Source: an uncultured Elusimicrobia bacterium (GTDB taxonomy: Bacteria; Elusimicrobiota; Elusimicrobia; Elusimicrobiales; UBA9959). From it: a stretch of 40,113 bases of DNA. The stretch spans positions 1-40,113 of the forward strand of contig CBDUMF010000001.1 of assembly GCA_965368225.1 (NCBI GenBank), given 5' to 3'. How positions within the stretch are numbered: position 1 is the stretch's first letter; the number at the start of each line of letters is the position of its first letter. The notes beneath the pieces were generated by a model, which did not search any database, was not told where the DNA came from, and saw only the letters and a list, made by a program, of their open reading frames with translations. The translations under genes were made by a program, and so were the position numbers. This document shows, in pieces, positions 8,533 to 18,671 of this stretch.

Positions 8533-9387
8533 TCATTCAAGAAAGATTTTGAGTTTGTTGTACATATTTTTCTTGATCGCACTTTTTGCCGTGAGCACCG
8601 AGGACTTTATAAAATCCGCGCAGTTCGAGGAGCATCCGGCGCCGGCTATCAACGGCACAGTTTTAAGCAGCAGTTTTTTTATATTCTCCACATTTTTCCT
8701 CAGGGTTTGAGTAACCTTTTCCTGGTCAACCTCTTCTCCTTCAAGCCAGCAGTCATAGTCGGTTACCAGTGAAACGGGAGAGTAGCAGAAACCCGCCTCC
8801 CGAGCGAGTTTCGCTTCTGTCGCCATAGTCATTCCTATTACCGAATATCCCATTTGCCTGTGGTATTTTGATTCCGCCTTTGTTGAAAACTGGGGACCCT
8901 CCATGCATACATATATCCCACCGAAATGCGATTTTATTCCGATTTTACGCGCGACCCCGAACATGATTTTTGAAATTTCTTCGCAAAAGGGCTTCGCCAT
9001 TGGAACATGCCCGACTATACCCCCGCCAAAAAAAGTTGAGGTTCTTCCTTTCGTTTCGTCCACAAACTGGTCCGGAAACACAAAATGGGTGGGCGCAAGC
9101 GATTTTTTAAGGGAGCCGACCGCACTTACTGAAATTATCTTTTTTGCTCCCAATGATTTCAATGCCCACATGTTCGCCTTCTGCGGTATTTCCGACGGCA
9201 ATAATGTGTGCCTTTTCCCGTGGCGGGGGAGAAAGGCGCATTTCACCCCCTTTATCTCGCCGAGCATTATAGCATCAGAAGGAGAACCAAAGGGAGTTTT
9301 GACTTTTACCTCCCGCTTTTTAGAAAGCTGTTCCATATCATACAATCCGCTTCCTCCGATGATTCCAATTTCAGCGATATTTTTCAT
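8533..9387 (-). CDS. mtnP: S-methyl-5'-thioadenosine phosphorylase
   Basis: IGIIGGSGLYD N-terminus, FLPRHG, and PNP/MTAP-family length and motif order. Confidence 0.85.
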   Translation of the reverse strand: MKNIAEIGIIGGSGLYDMEQLSKKREVKVKTPFGSPSDAIMLGEIKGVKCAFLPRHGKRHTLLPSEIPQKANMWALKSLGAKKIISVSAVGSLKKSLAPTHFVFPDQFVDETKGRTSTFFGGGIVGHVPMAKPFCEEISKIMFGVARKIGIKSHFGGIYVCMEGPQFSTKAESKYHRQMGYSVIGMTMATEAKLAREAGFCYSPVSLVTDYDCWLEGEEVDQEKVTQTLRKNVENIKKLLLKTVPLIAGAGCSSNCADFIKSSVLTAKSAIKKNMYNKLKIFLE

Positions 9388-9402
9388 ACCGTTCTCCGTA
9401 AA

Positions 9403-10653
9403 TTAATTTTCAAAACCAGCGTACATCGGAAACCGGGCGCAAAGTTTTTTTACCTTCTCCGATATGGCCGCAAGCATAGTCTCGTTTTCTCTGGCACCTA
9501 TAGATTCGTCCATATATTCAGCAATTGTTCCCATTTCGCCCTCTTTCATTCCCCGTGTGGTAACCGCCGGAGTACCGATTCTTATGCCACTGGTTATGAG
9601 GGGCTTTTGGGGGTCGTAAGGAATTGTGTTTTTGTTCACTGTTATTCCGGCTTTATCCAGCGCTATTTCCGCCTCCTTTCCGGTTATGTTTTTGGAGCGC
9701 AGGTCTACGGAAAACATATGGCAGTCCGTGCCGCCGGAAACTATTCTGTAGCCCCTTTCCGACATAGATTTTGCAAGCGCCCGAGCGTTTTTCAAAACCT
9801 GATTCTGATACTCTTTAAATTCGGGTTTCAGCGCCTCACCGAAACAAACGGCCTTAGCAGCTATCGCGTGCATAAGCGGTCCCCCTTGATTCCCGGGAAA
9901 ATTATTGCGGTTTATGGCTTTTCTGTGTTTTTCCTTCGAAAGGATGAGCCCGCCTCTCGGACCTCTTAAAGTTTTGTGTGTGGTGGAGGTTACTGCGTCC
10001 GCAAAGGGCACGGGAGAAGGATAAATCCCCGCGGCTATGAGTCCCGCGTAATGGGCTATGTCGCACACGAGATATGCCTTGACCTGGTCGGCTATCTTCC
10101 TGAATCTTTCCCAATCAAACTTGCGCGAATAATTGGAGGCGCCGGCCATTATCAATTTGGGTTTGTTCTCAAAAGCAAGTTTTTCAACTTCGTCATAGTT
10201 TATCTGTTCGCTCTCCCTGTCCACATTCATAAAAATTATTTTGAAATACTTGCCCGAAAAGTTCAGCGGATGTCCGTGGGACAAGTGTCCGCCGTGGGAA
10301 AGGTTGAGTCCCATGACCGTGTCCCCCGGCTCGATAAAAGAAAGATAGGCGGTTATATTGGCCTGGGTGCCGGAATGAGGCTGAACATTGGCGTGTTCAG
10401 CCGCAAAAAGCTTTTTGGCTCTTTCTATCGCCAGATTTTCAGCAATGTCCACGAACTCGCAACCCCCATAATATCTCCTTCCGGGATAGCCCTCGGCGTA
10501 TTTATTGGTAAGCACCGAACCAAGCGCCTCAAGAACAGCTCTGGAAGCATAGTTTTCCGAAGCAATCAATTCCAATTTATTTTGCTGGCGGAGGACTTCC
10601 TGTCTTATTGCCTCGTAAACTTCAGGATCATATTTTTTCACTTCTTCATACAT
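9403..10653 (-). CDS. glyA: serine hydroxymethyltransferase
   Basis: SHGGHLSHG, the PLP-lysine motif [14 protein letters not shown], 416 aa. GGAGGA lies 6 nt before the ATG. Confidence 0.97.
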   Translation of the reverse strand: MYEEVKKYDPEVYEAIRQEVLRQQNKLELIASENYASRAVLEALGSVLTNKYAEGYPGRRYYGGCEFVDIAENLAIERAKKLFAAEHANVQPHSGTQANITAYLSFIEPGDTVMGLNLSHGGHLSHGHPLNFSGKYFKIIFMNVDRESEQINYDEVEKLAFENKPKLIMAGASNYSRKFDWERFRKIADQVKAYLVCDIAHYAGLIAAGIYPSPVPFADAVTSTTHKTLRGPRGGLILSKEKHRKAINRNNFPGNQGGPLMHAIAAKAVCFGEALKPEFKEYQNQVLKNARALAKSMSERGYRIVSGGTDCHMFSVDLRSKNITGKEAEIALDKAGITVNKNTIPYDPQKPLITSGIRIGTPAVTTRGMKEGEMGTIAEYMDESIGARENETMLAAISEKVKKLCARFPMYAGFEN

Positions 10654-10724
10654 AGCGTCCTCCTACAAACTCGGGCCTGCCGCTTTCAAAGTACCGGTTT
10701 TGCGCCTGAGATTTACTAATATGT

Positions 10725-10752
10725 ATTATACCAATTATATATATTACGCCAA
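10725..10752 (-). promoter_or_regulatory. candidate sigma70 promoter with extended -10 for the glyA string
   Basis: On the minus strand: TTGGCG, a 16-nt spacer, then TGGTATAAT (TGn + TATAAT), about 70 nt upstream of the glyA ATG. Confidence 0.45.
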
Positions 10753-10790
10753 TCACACACAATAATCCAGGGTTCATTGAAAAAGTTTAT

Positions 10791-10980
10791 TTGCAAGACA
10801 CAGGTCACAAGGTGCAAGAGCGCAAGAGCGCAAGAACACAAGTAGTAAGTCGGAAGTCAGGAGTCGGAAGTCACAAGGCATAGGGCATAAGGCGTAAGTT
10901 GCAGGTTGCGGGTTGCAAGAGCTAAATAAACGCAATAAACTCAACTTCGGCAGTGTATCCCTGAACCTTGAACCTTGAAC
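10791..10980. repeat. mosaic of short tandem words (three 8-mers, eleven in-phase 7-mers, three 7-mers)
   Basis: Read directly: GYGCAAGA x3; AGTCGGA AGTCAGG AGTCGGA AGTCACA AGGCATA GGGCATA AGGCGTA AGTTGCA GGTTGCG GGTTGCA AGAGCTA (10848-10924); CCTGAAC CTTGAAC CTTGAAC (10960-10980). Confidence 0.85.
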
Positions 10981-11006
10981 GCCCTATCCGCGTGAACGCA
11001 GGGCGG

Positions 11007-12224
11007 TCAGGACGGGGCATTTGCGGCTGGTTTTTCTTCAATCTTTGCCTCCTCCACGTATCTGGCAAAGTACAGAACGCTCACAACTCCGAAAATGAAG
11101 GCTATAATAAAATTCATGCGCGGGGCGATTCCCCATATAATCCCCCCGCCAAAGGCCGCGCAGGCGACAATCACATCCCGAAGGAAATAATAGGTCCCGT
11201 ATGTCATGGCTCTTTGCTCTTCGGAGGAAAGGTCTAAAATCATCGCCTTCCTCGTTGGTTCCCCGAATTCCTTCAAGCCGCGTATTACAAAAGATAGAAC
11301 CAATCCCCAAAAACTTTCAAAAAACAGAAGAGAAAGGGGAAAAAGAGAAAAGAAAATAAAAGTTGTTGTGACGAATTTCTTCTTCGTTTTGCTCTTTTCA
11401 ACCAGATATGCAACCGGCACATACACAAGCATGGCGGTTACCATTTCTATCGCACTCAAAAAACCAAACTGGACGGCGGATATTTTCAGATGCTTCATGC
11501 ACCATATAACCACGAAAGCATAAGGTATTTGTTCGCAAAACCTGACCAGAATATCCGCTATCAGGAGCCTTTTGAGCCGCGGATTTATCAATGTGAAAAT
11601 TCGGGAAAAAGCGAAGGTTTGCCTGCTCTTTTTTGCGGAGGGCTCGTCTATCAAGTATTTCTGGGCAAACATTGAAATTATAGACAGAATAAAAGCGATT
11701 GAAAAGGCTATCCGCACCCCACTTATTTCCCCCCACGCCCCTATGCAAAAACCACCAATGACGGGTCCCAGCGCTTTTGGCACCCTTCTTGAAATAGAAT
11801 GCATAGAGACCCCCATAGTCCTTTTGTGAAACGGCAAAATTTTACTTATAGCGCTCATTATGGCCGGCATGGAGGTTGAAGACCATGAAATAAAAAGCAC
11901 CGCTCCCGCCAACGCCGTCTGCCAGTAAGGAAACAATATTATCAGGAGGTACCCGACTGAGGCGAAAACATTGAAGAGAATCAGGGATTTTTTATAGCCT
12001 ATTCTGTCGCTTAAATATCCGCCCGGCACGGAGTACAGGGCGCCTAAAAGGTTGTCCATCGCGTTCAGAAGACCAATGACAATAGCGCTTCCCCCCAAAG
12101 CCATTATATATATGGGAAGAAATCTTTCCCCTATTCTTTCCCCCATTTCAAGCAAAATGGCGGCAGTTAAGATGGCCGCTATGTTTTTCTTGAGAGTCAA
12201 AAAGTCTGCAATTTTTTTAAGCAT
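11007..12224 (-). CDS. MFS transporter
   Basis: 405 aa with about 12 hydrophobic segments and an MFS loop 2-3-like motif (GGYLSDRIGYKKS). Confidence 0.8.
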   Translation of the reverse strand: MLKKIADFLTLKKNIAAILTAAILLEMGERIGERFLPIYIMALGGSAIVIGLLNAMDNLLGALYSVPGGYLSDRIGYKKSLILFNVFASVGYLLIILFPYWQTALAGAVLFISWSSTSMPAIMSAISKILPFHKRTMGVSMHSISRRVPKALGPVIGGFCIGAWGEISGVRIAFSIAFILSIISMFAQKYLIDEPSAKKSRQTFAFSRIFTLINPRLKRLLIADILVRFCEQIPYAFVVIWCMKHLKISAVQFGFLSAIEMVTAMLVYVPVAYLVEKSKTKKKFVTTTFIFFSLFPLSLLFFESFWGLVLSFVIRGLKEFGEPTRKAMILDLSSEEQRAMTYGTYYFLRDVIVACAAFGGGIIWGIAPRMNFIIAFIFGVVSVLYFARYVEEAKIEEKPAANAPS

Positions 12225-12243
12225 ATGACCAACCGCAAAGCTT

Positions 12244-12921
12244 TTAAATAATAATCATCAGTTTGTCAAAAAACAAGACTATGCCGAGGAGGCAAAGAAT
12301 TATGCCAGCTCCTCTTTCTATGTAAACAAGAATTTTCCGGTTTCTGGACGCCCAGGCAATAAATTCTCCCGTCACAAGAGACGCCAGTAAAAGCGGCAAG
12401 GCTATGCCCATGGAATAGACAAAGAGAATGGAAATCCCTTCCCACACCCGGGAAGAATTTGCCGCAAGCACAAGGGCTCCTGCCAGGAACGGCCCTATGC
12501 ATGGCGACCAACCCAGGCCAAAACCCAAACCTATTAAAAAAGAACCGGCATATCCTCCCCGGCGCTTTACTTTCAGGCGTTTTTCATAATACATAAACCT
12601 GAATTTCAAAATTTGGGCTGTGTGAAGTCCCATCAGGAAAATCAAAACACCCATTACCCTCAGCAAAATGGTTTTATACTCCACCAGGATGTTTCCGAGG
12701 CTGGAAGCTGCGGCTCCCATCAGCGAAAAGACAAGGGAAAATCCAAGTATAAAAAAGGAAGAGCTTATTAACAACCCCCTGTTTATCCCCTTCCGGGAGG
12801 TCTCAGTTAGTTCTCCCGCCGTTTGCCCGCCAATCCATGAAAGATAGGCTGGAAGAATGGGTAAAATGCATGGACTGAAAAAAGAAACTAATCCGGCCGT
12901 GAAAGCGGAAAGATAAATCAT
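12244..12921 (-). CDS. ccdA: cytochrome c biogenesis / thiol-disulfide transfer membrane protein, CcdA (DsbD-core) family
   Basis: FSPCILPILPAYLS and WSPCIGP conserved cysteine motifs; six TM segments. Confidence 0.8.
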   Translation of the reverse strand: MIYLSAFTAGLVSFFSPCILPILPAYLSWIGGQTAGELTETSRKGINRGLLISSSFFILGFSLVFSLMGAAASSLGNILVEYKTILLRVMGVLIFLMGLHTAQILKFRFMYYEKRLKVKRRGGYAGSFLIGLGFGLGWSPCIGPFLAGALVLAANSSRVWEGISILFVYSMGIALPLLLASLVTGEFIAWASRNRKILVYIERGAGIILCLLGIVLFFDKLMIII

Positions 12922-13529
12922 CTCCTACCTGAACGGTTTTTTGAGTAGGACACAACTTTCAAAACATTTTTTTCCGCTTTCGGCCAGCAGGCTGCGCCGG
13001 CGTATTCCATAACGCGCCGCCAGTATCCCTGGCTTTTCAGCAATAAATCGCAAACCTCTCTCACCGCGCCGTTGCCCCCCTCTTTTTCGGTGACAAAATG
13101 TGATATCCTCTTAACCTCTTTCAAAGCATTCCGCGGCGCGCAGGCAAGTCCCACGCGTTTCAGTATAGGCACGTCGGTCAGGTCGTCCCCGATGTAAGCC
13201 GCCTCTTCCGGCCTAATTTTCAGGTCCTTAAGAATTTCATCAAAGGGTCCCGTTTTTGACAGAAAACCCTGGTAAACATAGCTCATAAGCATTGTTCTTG
13301 CCCTGTCCTCGGTGCTCAAAGACTCCCTGCCGGTGATTATGCCCGTCCTTATTCCGAAAATGGGCAACAACCGAAGACCTATCCCGTCCAGCGCGCTGAA
13401 TGCCTTGCACTCGTATACCCTGCCGTCCCTGTTCGGAAAGAAATACATTTTGCCGTCGGTCAAAACCCCGTCCACATCCATCAAAAGAGCCTTGATTTTC
13501 GCCGCTCTTTCAAAAATCCTTTTTTTCAT
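12918..13529 (-). CDS. kdsC: 3-deoxy-D-manno-octulosonate 8-phosphate phosphatase (HAD-IIIA)
   Basis: LLMDVDGVLTDG, GIITGRES, IGDDLTDVPILKRVGLACAP. Its stop overlaps the ccdA start by 4 nt. Confidence 0.8.
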   Translation of the reverse strand: MKKRIFERAAKIKALLMDVDGVLTDGKMYFFPNRDGRVYECKAFSALDGIGLRLLPIFGIRTGIITGRESLSTEDRARTMLMSYVYQGFLSKTGPFDEILKDLKIRPEEAAYIGDDLTDVPILKRVGLACAPRNALKEVKRISHFVTEKEGGNGAVREVCDLLLKSQGYWRRVMEYAGAACWPKAEKNVLKVVSYSKNRSGRR

Positions 13530-13587
13530 AAACTAAATTATACAAAATAAACTTTCCTCCCTTTTAATTAACTTTTCCGAACCGGTA

Positions 13588-15402
13588 CTATTTATAAAAC
13601 CTGCCTGCTTCCTTCTGAAATTCAAGAAGAAACTTTATGTTGTCTTTGACAATCTGCCTGCTGGTTATTTCCGAATAGTCATCGGTCCTGTAAGCTTTTA
13701 TCCGCACCAGACGGTGGGAAGACAGAGGAATCCTGAGGGTTATATCCCGCTTTACGATGCCGGCCGTGTCCCACGAGAAAACAGGCTCAAAACTTTTTTC
13801 ATAATTTTTAAAAAGGTCGTAGCCGTTCGAGTAATCGGAGGGCTCATTTTTCACGTTCAGCACACCCAACAAAGTAGGAACAATATCCATATGATTTGTG
13901 AACTTCCTGTAAACCCGGTGGCGTTTCCACGGAACATAGACAATCAGAGGAACCCTGACCTCTTCCTCGCAATACCCGTGATTATGGCCGCGATAGCCTT
14001 TTTCAAAAAAGGCTTCGCCATGGTCGCCGCTTATAAAGACCAGAGTGTTGTTTGCTTCATTTTTAAGGGCGTCAAGGATTTTTCCCACAAGATAATCATT
14101 GTAGTAAACCGCATTTTTATACTTATTGAAAACCGGCACAATCTCTTCTTTTGTCTGGGCGAGATAACTTATGAAATGCGCTGGCTTGAATTTTTCAAAC
14201 TCCGGGGGATAATCATAACTTCCATGGGGTCCGTCAAAGAATATAAATCCGAAAAAAGGTTTTTCTCCTTTCCGTCCTTTCAAATATTCTATTAACTTCA
14301 AAGCTGTTTTCTCGTCCTTTTCATGCTTTATGTCTGTCGGCGGTTCGTCGTAAATATCCTTACGCGGCACATTCACAAAACAGGTCCGGTCAAATTCGGG
14401 ATAAGTGAGCCGGGCGGCGGCAAAGATTTTAAACTCATAACCCAGAGAGGCAAGCACGTCCATTATAACCGGAGAACGCCCTTCCTTCAATACAGGAAAC
14501 CAGTAATTGCCGTATATCCCGTAAAACAGCGAAAACACGCCGAAACGCGAGCAATTACCTCCGCTGTAATGGTTTAAAAAAACCTGGCTCTTTTTGGAAA
14601 ATTCATATATATTAACTGCGACTTCCGGGTTCATCATATCATAGCGGAAAGAGTCAATCAATATGATGAGAATATTGGGCAGATTGCCGTTCGGAGAAAC
14701 CGATATCTTCTTCAAAGGATAATTCAGGAGCGAACGTTTTTTGTCTATTTTCACTTTCATCTCCGTTCTCGGTTTGATTTTAAGATATTTCTCGGCAAAA
14801 TGGCGCATTGTAAAGGGTTGATAGAGAAAAAGGTGGACTGAGTTTCTGGAGATGAAAGGAATTTGCTTCAAATCACTCCACGCGTAAGCGGCTTTGTCCA
14901 CTACGACGAAAAAAAGCGCCGCCGCGGTCAGGAATTTGTAGTTTACCCGAAACTTTCTCTCGGTTTTCGAAGACAGCGAAAATTTAATCAAAAGCCATTC
15001 AGTCAGAAAAACAGTCAGAAAAATGCCGACGGCGGTCAGTTTCATCCCCCACCCCTCATCTATTGCCTGCAGTCCCCCTTTGGTAAAGACCAGATTCAGC
15101 ACCATTGAATTCATATGAAATTTGAAAAGGTGATAAAGAATGGCATCAAGGACAAGCAAAAACTGAAAAAAAGAGTATAGCACAAAAACAAAATACCTGC
15201 CCGCCCGCGCAAAGAAGAACGGCAAAGAAAGCACAAGCCAAATCGCGCTCAGCATTATTGTGTTTGAAATGAGGGATATGCTGGTAAAAAAAATTTCACC
15301 GGGGCCAAAGTTCGCATACTTAAAGCAAAACGCGCTTATGAGAAGAGACACCGCGAAATTGCCCAGAATAAAGAATTTATAATCAACATGCTTTGCCTTC
15401 AT
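13588..15402 (-). CDS. membrane-anchored sulfatase-superfamily protein (YejM/PbgA-like or phosphoethanolamine-transferase-like)
   Basis: About five N-terminal TM helices followed by an alkaline-phosphatase/sulfatase domain (IDSFRYDM, SGDHGE). Confidence 0.7.
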   Translation of the reverse strand: MKAKHVDYKFFILGNFAVSLLISAFCFKYANFGPGEIFFTSISLISNTIMLSAIWLVLSLPFFFARAGRYFVFVLYSFFQFLLVLDAILYHLFKFHMNSMVLNLVFTKGGLQAIDEGWGMKLTAVGIFLTVFLTEWLLIKFSLSSKTERKFRVNYKFLTAAALFFVVVDKAAYAWSDLKQIPFISRNSVHLFLYQPFTMRHFAEKYLKIKPRTEMKVKIDKKRSLLNYPLKKISVSPNGNLPNILIILIDSFRYDMMNPEVAVNIYEFSKKSQVFLNHYSGGNCSRFGVFSLFYGIYGNYWFPVLKEGRSPVIMDVLASLGYEFKIFAAARLTYPEFDRTCFVNVPRKDIYDEPPTDIKHEKDEKTALKLIEYLKGRKGEKPFFGFIFFDGPHGSYDYPPEFEKFKPAHFISYLAQTKEEIVPVFNKYKNAVYYNDYLVGKILDALKNEANNTLVFISGDHGEAFFEKGYRGHNHGYCEEEVRVPLIVYVPWKRHRVYRKFTNHMDIVPTLLGVLNVKNEPSDYSNGYDLFKNYEKSFEPVFSWDTAGIVKRDITLRIPLSSHRLVRIKAYRTDDYSEITSRQIVKDNIKFLLEFQKEAGRFYK

Positions 15403-15443
15403 TAGTAAAATATTATCTTATCAAAAATGGTAAAATTACACAC

Positions 15444-16175
15444 ATGAAAACAATAATTGTCCTGCCCGCTTATAACGCGGGAAAGACTCTCGAAAAAACC
15501 ATAAACGATATTCCGGAAAATTTAAGAAAAAGCGCCCTGCTTGTGGACGACGCTTCCAGCGACAATACCGCTGAAACATCCGAAAAACTTGGCATCACAA
15601 CAATAAGGCACAAAAAAAACATGGGCTACGGGGCGAATCAAAAAACCTGTTATAAACATGCCCTTGAAAGCGGGGCCGATATTGTAGTCATGCTTCATCC
15701 GGATTACCAGTACAACCCAAAAATCATTCCTTACCTGATCGGCTTTATTGAAAGCGGAATCTGCGATGTCATGCTGGCCAACAGAATCAGAACCAGAAAA
15801 GAAGCGCTGGCGGGAGGCATGCCCGTCTACAAATACATTTCAAACAGATTTTTGACTTTCGTAGAGAACCTTGTCACGGGCGAGAATCTGGGAGAGTGGC
15901 ACAGCGGAATGAGAGCATATTCCAGACAGGTCCTGGAGACTATTCCGTGGCGGAAAAATTCGGACGATTTTGTTTTCGACACTCAATTCCTGGTTCAATG
16001 CGTAAATGCCGGTTTCAGGATAGGAGACGTTCCCGTGAATACGAAATACTTTGCGGAAGCTTCCTCAATAAATTTCAGCCGGAGTCTGAAATACGGTTTT
16101 GCCTCTTTATACATTCTCTTAAGATATATTCTCCATAAAAACCATATTTTAAATTGCCCACTATTTTCGAGATGA
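15444..16175 (+). CDS. family 2 glycosyltransferase (polyprenyl-phosphate glycosyltransferase, ArnC/Dpm1-like)
   Basis: IIVLPAYNAGKTLEKTI, LVDDASSDNT. I use the ATG at 15444 rather than the TTG at 15393. Confidence 0.8.
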   Translation: MKTIIVLPAYNAGKTLEKTINDIPENLRKSALLVDDASSDNTAETSEKLGITTIRHKKNMGYGANQKTCYKHALESGADIVVMLHPDYQYNPKIIPYLIGFIESGICDVMLANRIRTRKEALAGGMPVYKYISNRFLTFVENLVTGENLGEWHSGMRAYSRQVLETIPWRKNSDDFVFDTQFLVQCVNAGFRIGDVPVNTKYFAEASSINFSRSLKYGFASLYILLRYILHKNHILNCPLFSR

Positions 16176-17650
16176 ATCTTATAAAATCCCTCTCTGAAAA
16201 ACTGACTCGCGCGGTAAACAATGACTGGGTTGTTCCAAAATCCGGCAGGGAGAAATTCCTAGACAGATTTTATCTTTTTCTGCTCTTTGTCCTCTGCTTC
16301 ATAAAACTCGAACCGTATATTATTCCCCAACTGGACGACATGACTCACGCTGCAATGGGCATCTCCATACTTCAGACCGGAGACTGGTTTACCATGCATG
16401 AGGGGAAAATGATAAGCTGGCTGAAGCCTCCCTTGTATTTCTGGATTGAAGCCGTATTGTTCAAAATATTCGAACCCGGCGAATACTGGGCAAAATTCCC
16501 CGCGGCTTTGACGGGTTTTCTGACATTTCTTTTTTCCTATAAAACCGCCTGCAAATTATTCAACAGAAAGGTGGGGTTTCTCACTCTGTTTGTGCTTTCG
16601 ACGAGCCTTTTCTTTCTAAGATACACTCAAAGAGTAATGCTCGATATGCCGGTGGCTTTCGCCGTAACACTGGGGGTTTTCGCCGTCGTGGAAGCCCAAA
16701 TTTCAAAAAACAAAAATTATTATTTTCTCTTTGGCCTTGCGGCGGCTCTGGGATATTATTTCAAAGGCATGCAGGGACTTTATTTATTCGGCATAATTCC
16801 TCTTTATTTTGTTTTTACCGGGCAGATAAAGGAAATTTTCTCATCCCGATTCTTATTGTCCGTTTTGACGGCTTTTACTTTAATCGGGCTCTGGTTCATA
16901 CCTCAGTATTTGACGCATGGCAGAGAATTCCTCCTTTCCCAGTCCGGCATAGGGCCCTTAATTTACGGAGGGCTCCCGGGTTATGAAAATCCTTTTTACA
17001 ATCCGTTCAAGAATCTCCTGCGCATGTTTTACTGGATACTGGTTTCCGTTTACGGAATGTGGATAGGAATCAAGGAACTTAAAAATCCCGTCAGAAAAAA
17101 CTCTTTCATAATGCTGTTTTCATGGTTCTGGACAATAATGGCGGCTTTGTCCATAAGCAGTGTGTTCGGGGTAAGGTATTTCATACCGGCTCTTGTTCCG
17201 GCCGGCATGTTCGCGGCAATAGGGCTTGAAAAAGTAATAAAAGGAAAAAATTTCGATTATTTTCATCATGCAGCCGTTTTCTTCGCGGCCGCAATTTTAA
17301 CCATAATAGCCGTTTTCCCGATGCCTCCAGCCAAAAAAGGCAGCAAGTATATCTCCCTTTACCGCTGCGTAAATCATATAGTGGATAAGAAAGATAAAAT
17401 CATTCTATATAAGGATAGGCAGTACATATTCAATCAGGGGCTTGTTTTTTACAGCCGCCGCCCGCTGGATAAACAGGTGCGTGATTTGAAAGAGTTAAAA
17501 GAAGAAATTAAAAATACGGATAAAAAGATATTTATAATATCGACTCCTCAAGATTACGGGGAAATAGAACAATATTTCTCCAAAGAAAAAATTCTTAAAG
17601 TCGCTTCATCCGGCAATTGGATTCTGTTCCAAATTAAAGATGGATATTAA
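16172..17650 (+). CDS. family 39/83 glycosyltransferase (ArnT/PMT-like polyprenyl-phosphate-sugar-dependent transferase)
   Basis: About 11 TM segments with an ArnT/PMT_2-like N-terminal layout. ATGA start/stop overlap with the GT2 gene. Confidence 0.7.
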   Translation: MNLIKSLSEKLTRAVNNDWVVPKSGREKFLDRFYLFLLFVLCFIKLEPYIIPQLDDMTHAAMGISILQTGDWFTMHEGKMISWLKPPLYFWIEAVLFKIFEPGEYWAKFPAALTGFLTFLFSYKTACKLFNRKVGFLTLFVLSTSLFFLRYTQRVMLDMPVAFAVTLGVFAVVEAQISKNKNYYFLFGLAAALGYYFKGMQGLYLFGIIPLYFVFTGQIKEIFSSRFLLSVLTAFTLIGLWFIPQYLTHGREFLLSQSGIGPLIYGGLPGYENPFYNPFKNLLRMFYWILVSVYGMWIGIKELKNPVRKNSFIMLFSWFWTIMAALSISSVFGVRYFIPALVPAGMFAAIGLEKVIKGKNFDYFHHAAVFFAAAILTIIAVFPMPPAKKGSKYISLYRCVNHIVDKKDKIILYKDRQYIFNQGLVFYSRRPLDKQVRDLKELKEEIKNTDKKIFIISTPQDYGEIEQYFSKEKILKVASSGNWILFQIKDGY

Positions 17651-18671
17651 AAAAATTGAGAAATTCATCAAATCCCGCAAATACCCTTTGTACCACATAA
17701 ATCAAATTCAGAGAGCGGTTTACAAAAACTATGTCGATGAATGGAGTAAAGCCACTTCCCTGCCGCTGCAATTGAGGGAGGAACTCTCGTTAAAAATCCC
17801 GATACTCTCCTTTTCGCCGTCAAAGATTCTGATATCCGGCAAATCGGACGCGGTAAAGGCTGCCCTGAAACTAAGAGACGATTTAAGCGTGGAAACCGTC
17901 CTGCTTAAATTAAAGCCGGGCCATTTTTCCACATGCGTTTCAGTTCAGGTCGGCTGCGCTGTGGGATGTCCCTTTTGCGCCACGGGCAAAACGGGATTAA
18001 AAAGAAATCTTACCGCCGAGGAAATAAGCGATCAGATCCTGTTCTGGAAGCAGCATATAAACCGGGAAGGTCTTGAGGGAGATCTGAAGAATATTATCTT
18101 CATGGGGATGGGCGAACCCTTTTTCAATTACGAAGCGGTAAAGAAAACAATCAAAATTCTCAATAACCGGGATTTGTTTAACATCGGGCAGAGGCATATA
18201 TCGGTTTCGACTTTCGGCTATGTTCCGAAAATAACTCAATTTGCCAAAGATTTTCCGCAGGCAAATCTCGCCATAAGCCTTCATTCGGTTTCAGATGAAA
18301 TAAGGCAAAAGCTTGTCCCTTTGAGCGGCAAATTCAAACTTGAAAAGCTTTCAACGGCAATCAAAAACTACTTGCAAATTACAAACCGCAAAATTTTCAT
18401 AGAGTACGTTCTTTTAAGCGGCATCAACGATTCGGCGAAAAAAGCGAAAAAATTGGCTCTCTGGCTTAGAAATGCGGCTCCCGCCAAATATTTCGCGGTA
18501 AACTTAATCCCCTGCAACAGCGTCTCAAAATCTTTTTCAGCGCCATCTCCCGAAAAAGTCAAACTCTTTCAGAACACTCTTCTCGACTATAATATAAATG
18601 CCACCATAAGAAAAAGTCTGGGGCGGGACATAAAAGGCGCCTGCGGACAACTCGCTTATAAACCATTCTAA
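17640..18671 (+). CDS. rlmN: 23S rRNA/tRNA adenine-C2 methyltransferase, radical SAM (RlmN/Cfr family)
   Basis: Radical-SAM CxxxCxxC (CAVGCPFCATG), GMGEP, and the C-terminal catalytic Cys context GACGQL. Confidence 0.9.
   Translation: MDIKKIEKFIKSRKYPLYHINQIQRAVYKNYVDEWSKATSLPLQLREELSLKIPILSFSPSKILISGKSDAVKAALKLRDDLSVETVLLKLKPGHFSTCVSVQVGCAVGCPFCATGKTGLKRNLTAEEISDQILFWKQHINREGLEGDLKNIIFMGMGEPFFNYEAVKKTIKILNNRDLFNIGQRHISVSTFGYVPKITQFAKDFPQANLAISLHSVSDEIRQKLVPLSGKFKLEKLSTAIKNYLQITNRKIFIEYVLLSGINDSAKKAKKLALWLRNAAPAKYFAVNLIPCNSVSKSFSAPSPEKVKLFQNTLLDYNINATIRKSLGRDIKGACGQLAYKPF

Noticed and set aside
8463-8582. Long N-terminal extension of cytidine deaminase (173-aa ORF from a GTG at 8582)
   Set aside because: It overlaps the 3' end of mtnP by 50 nt, and the extension is Arg/Lys-rich junk. 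The internal Met gives a canonical deaminase of about 133 aa.
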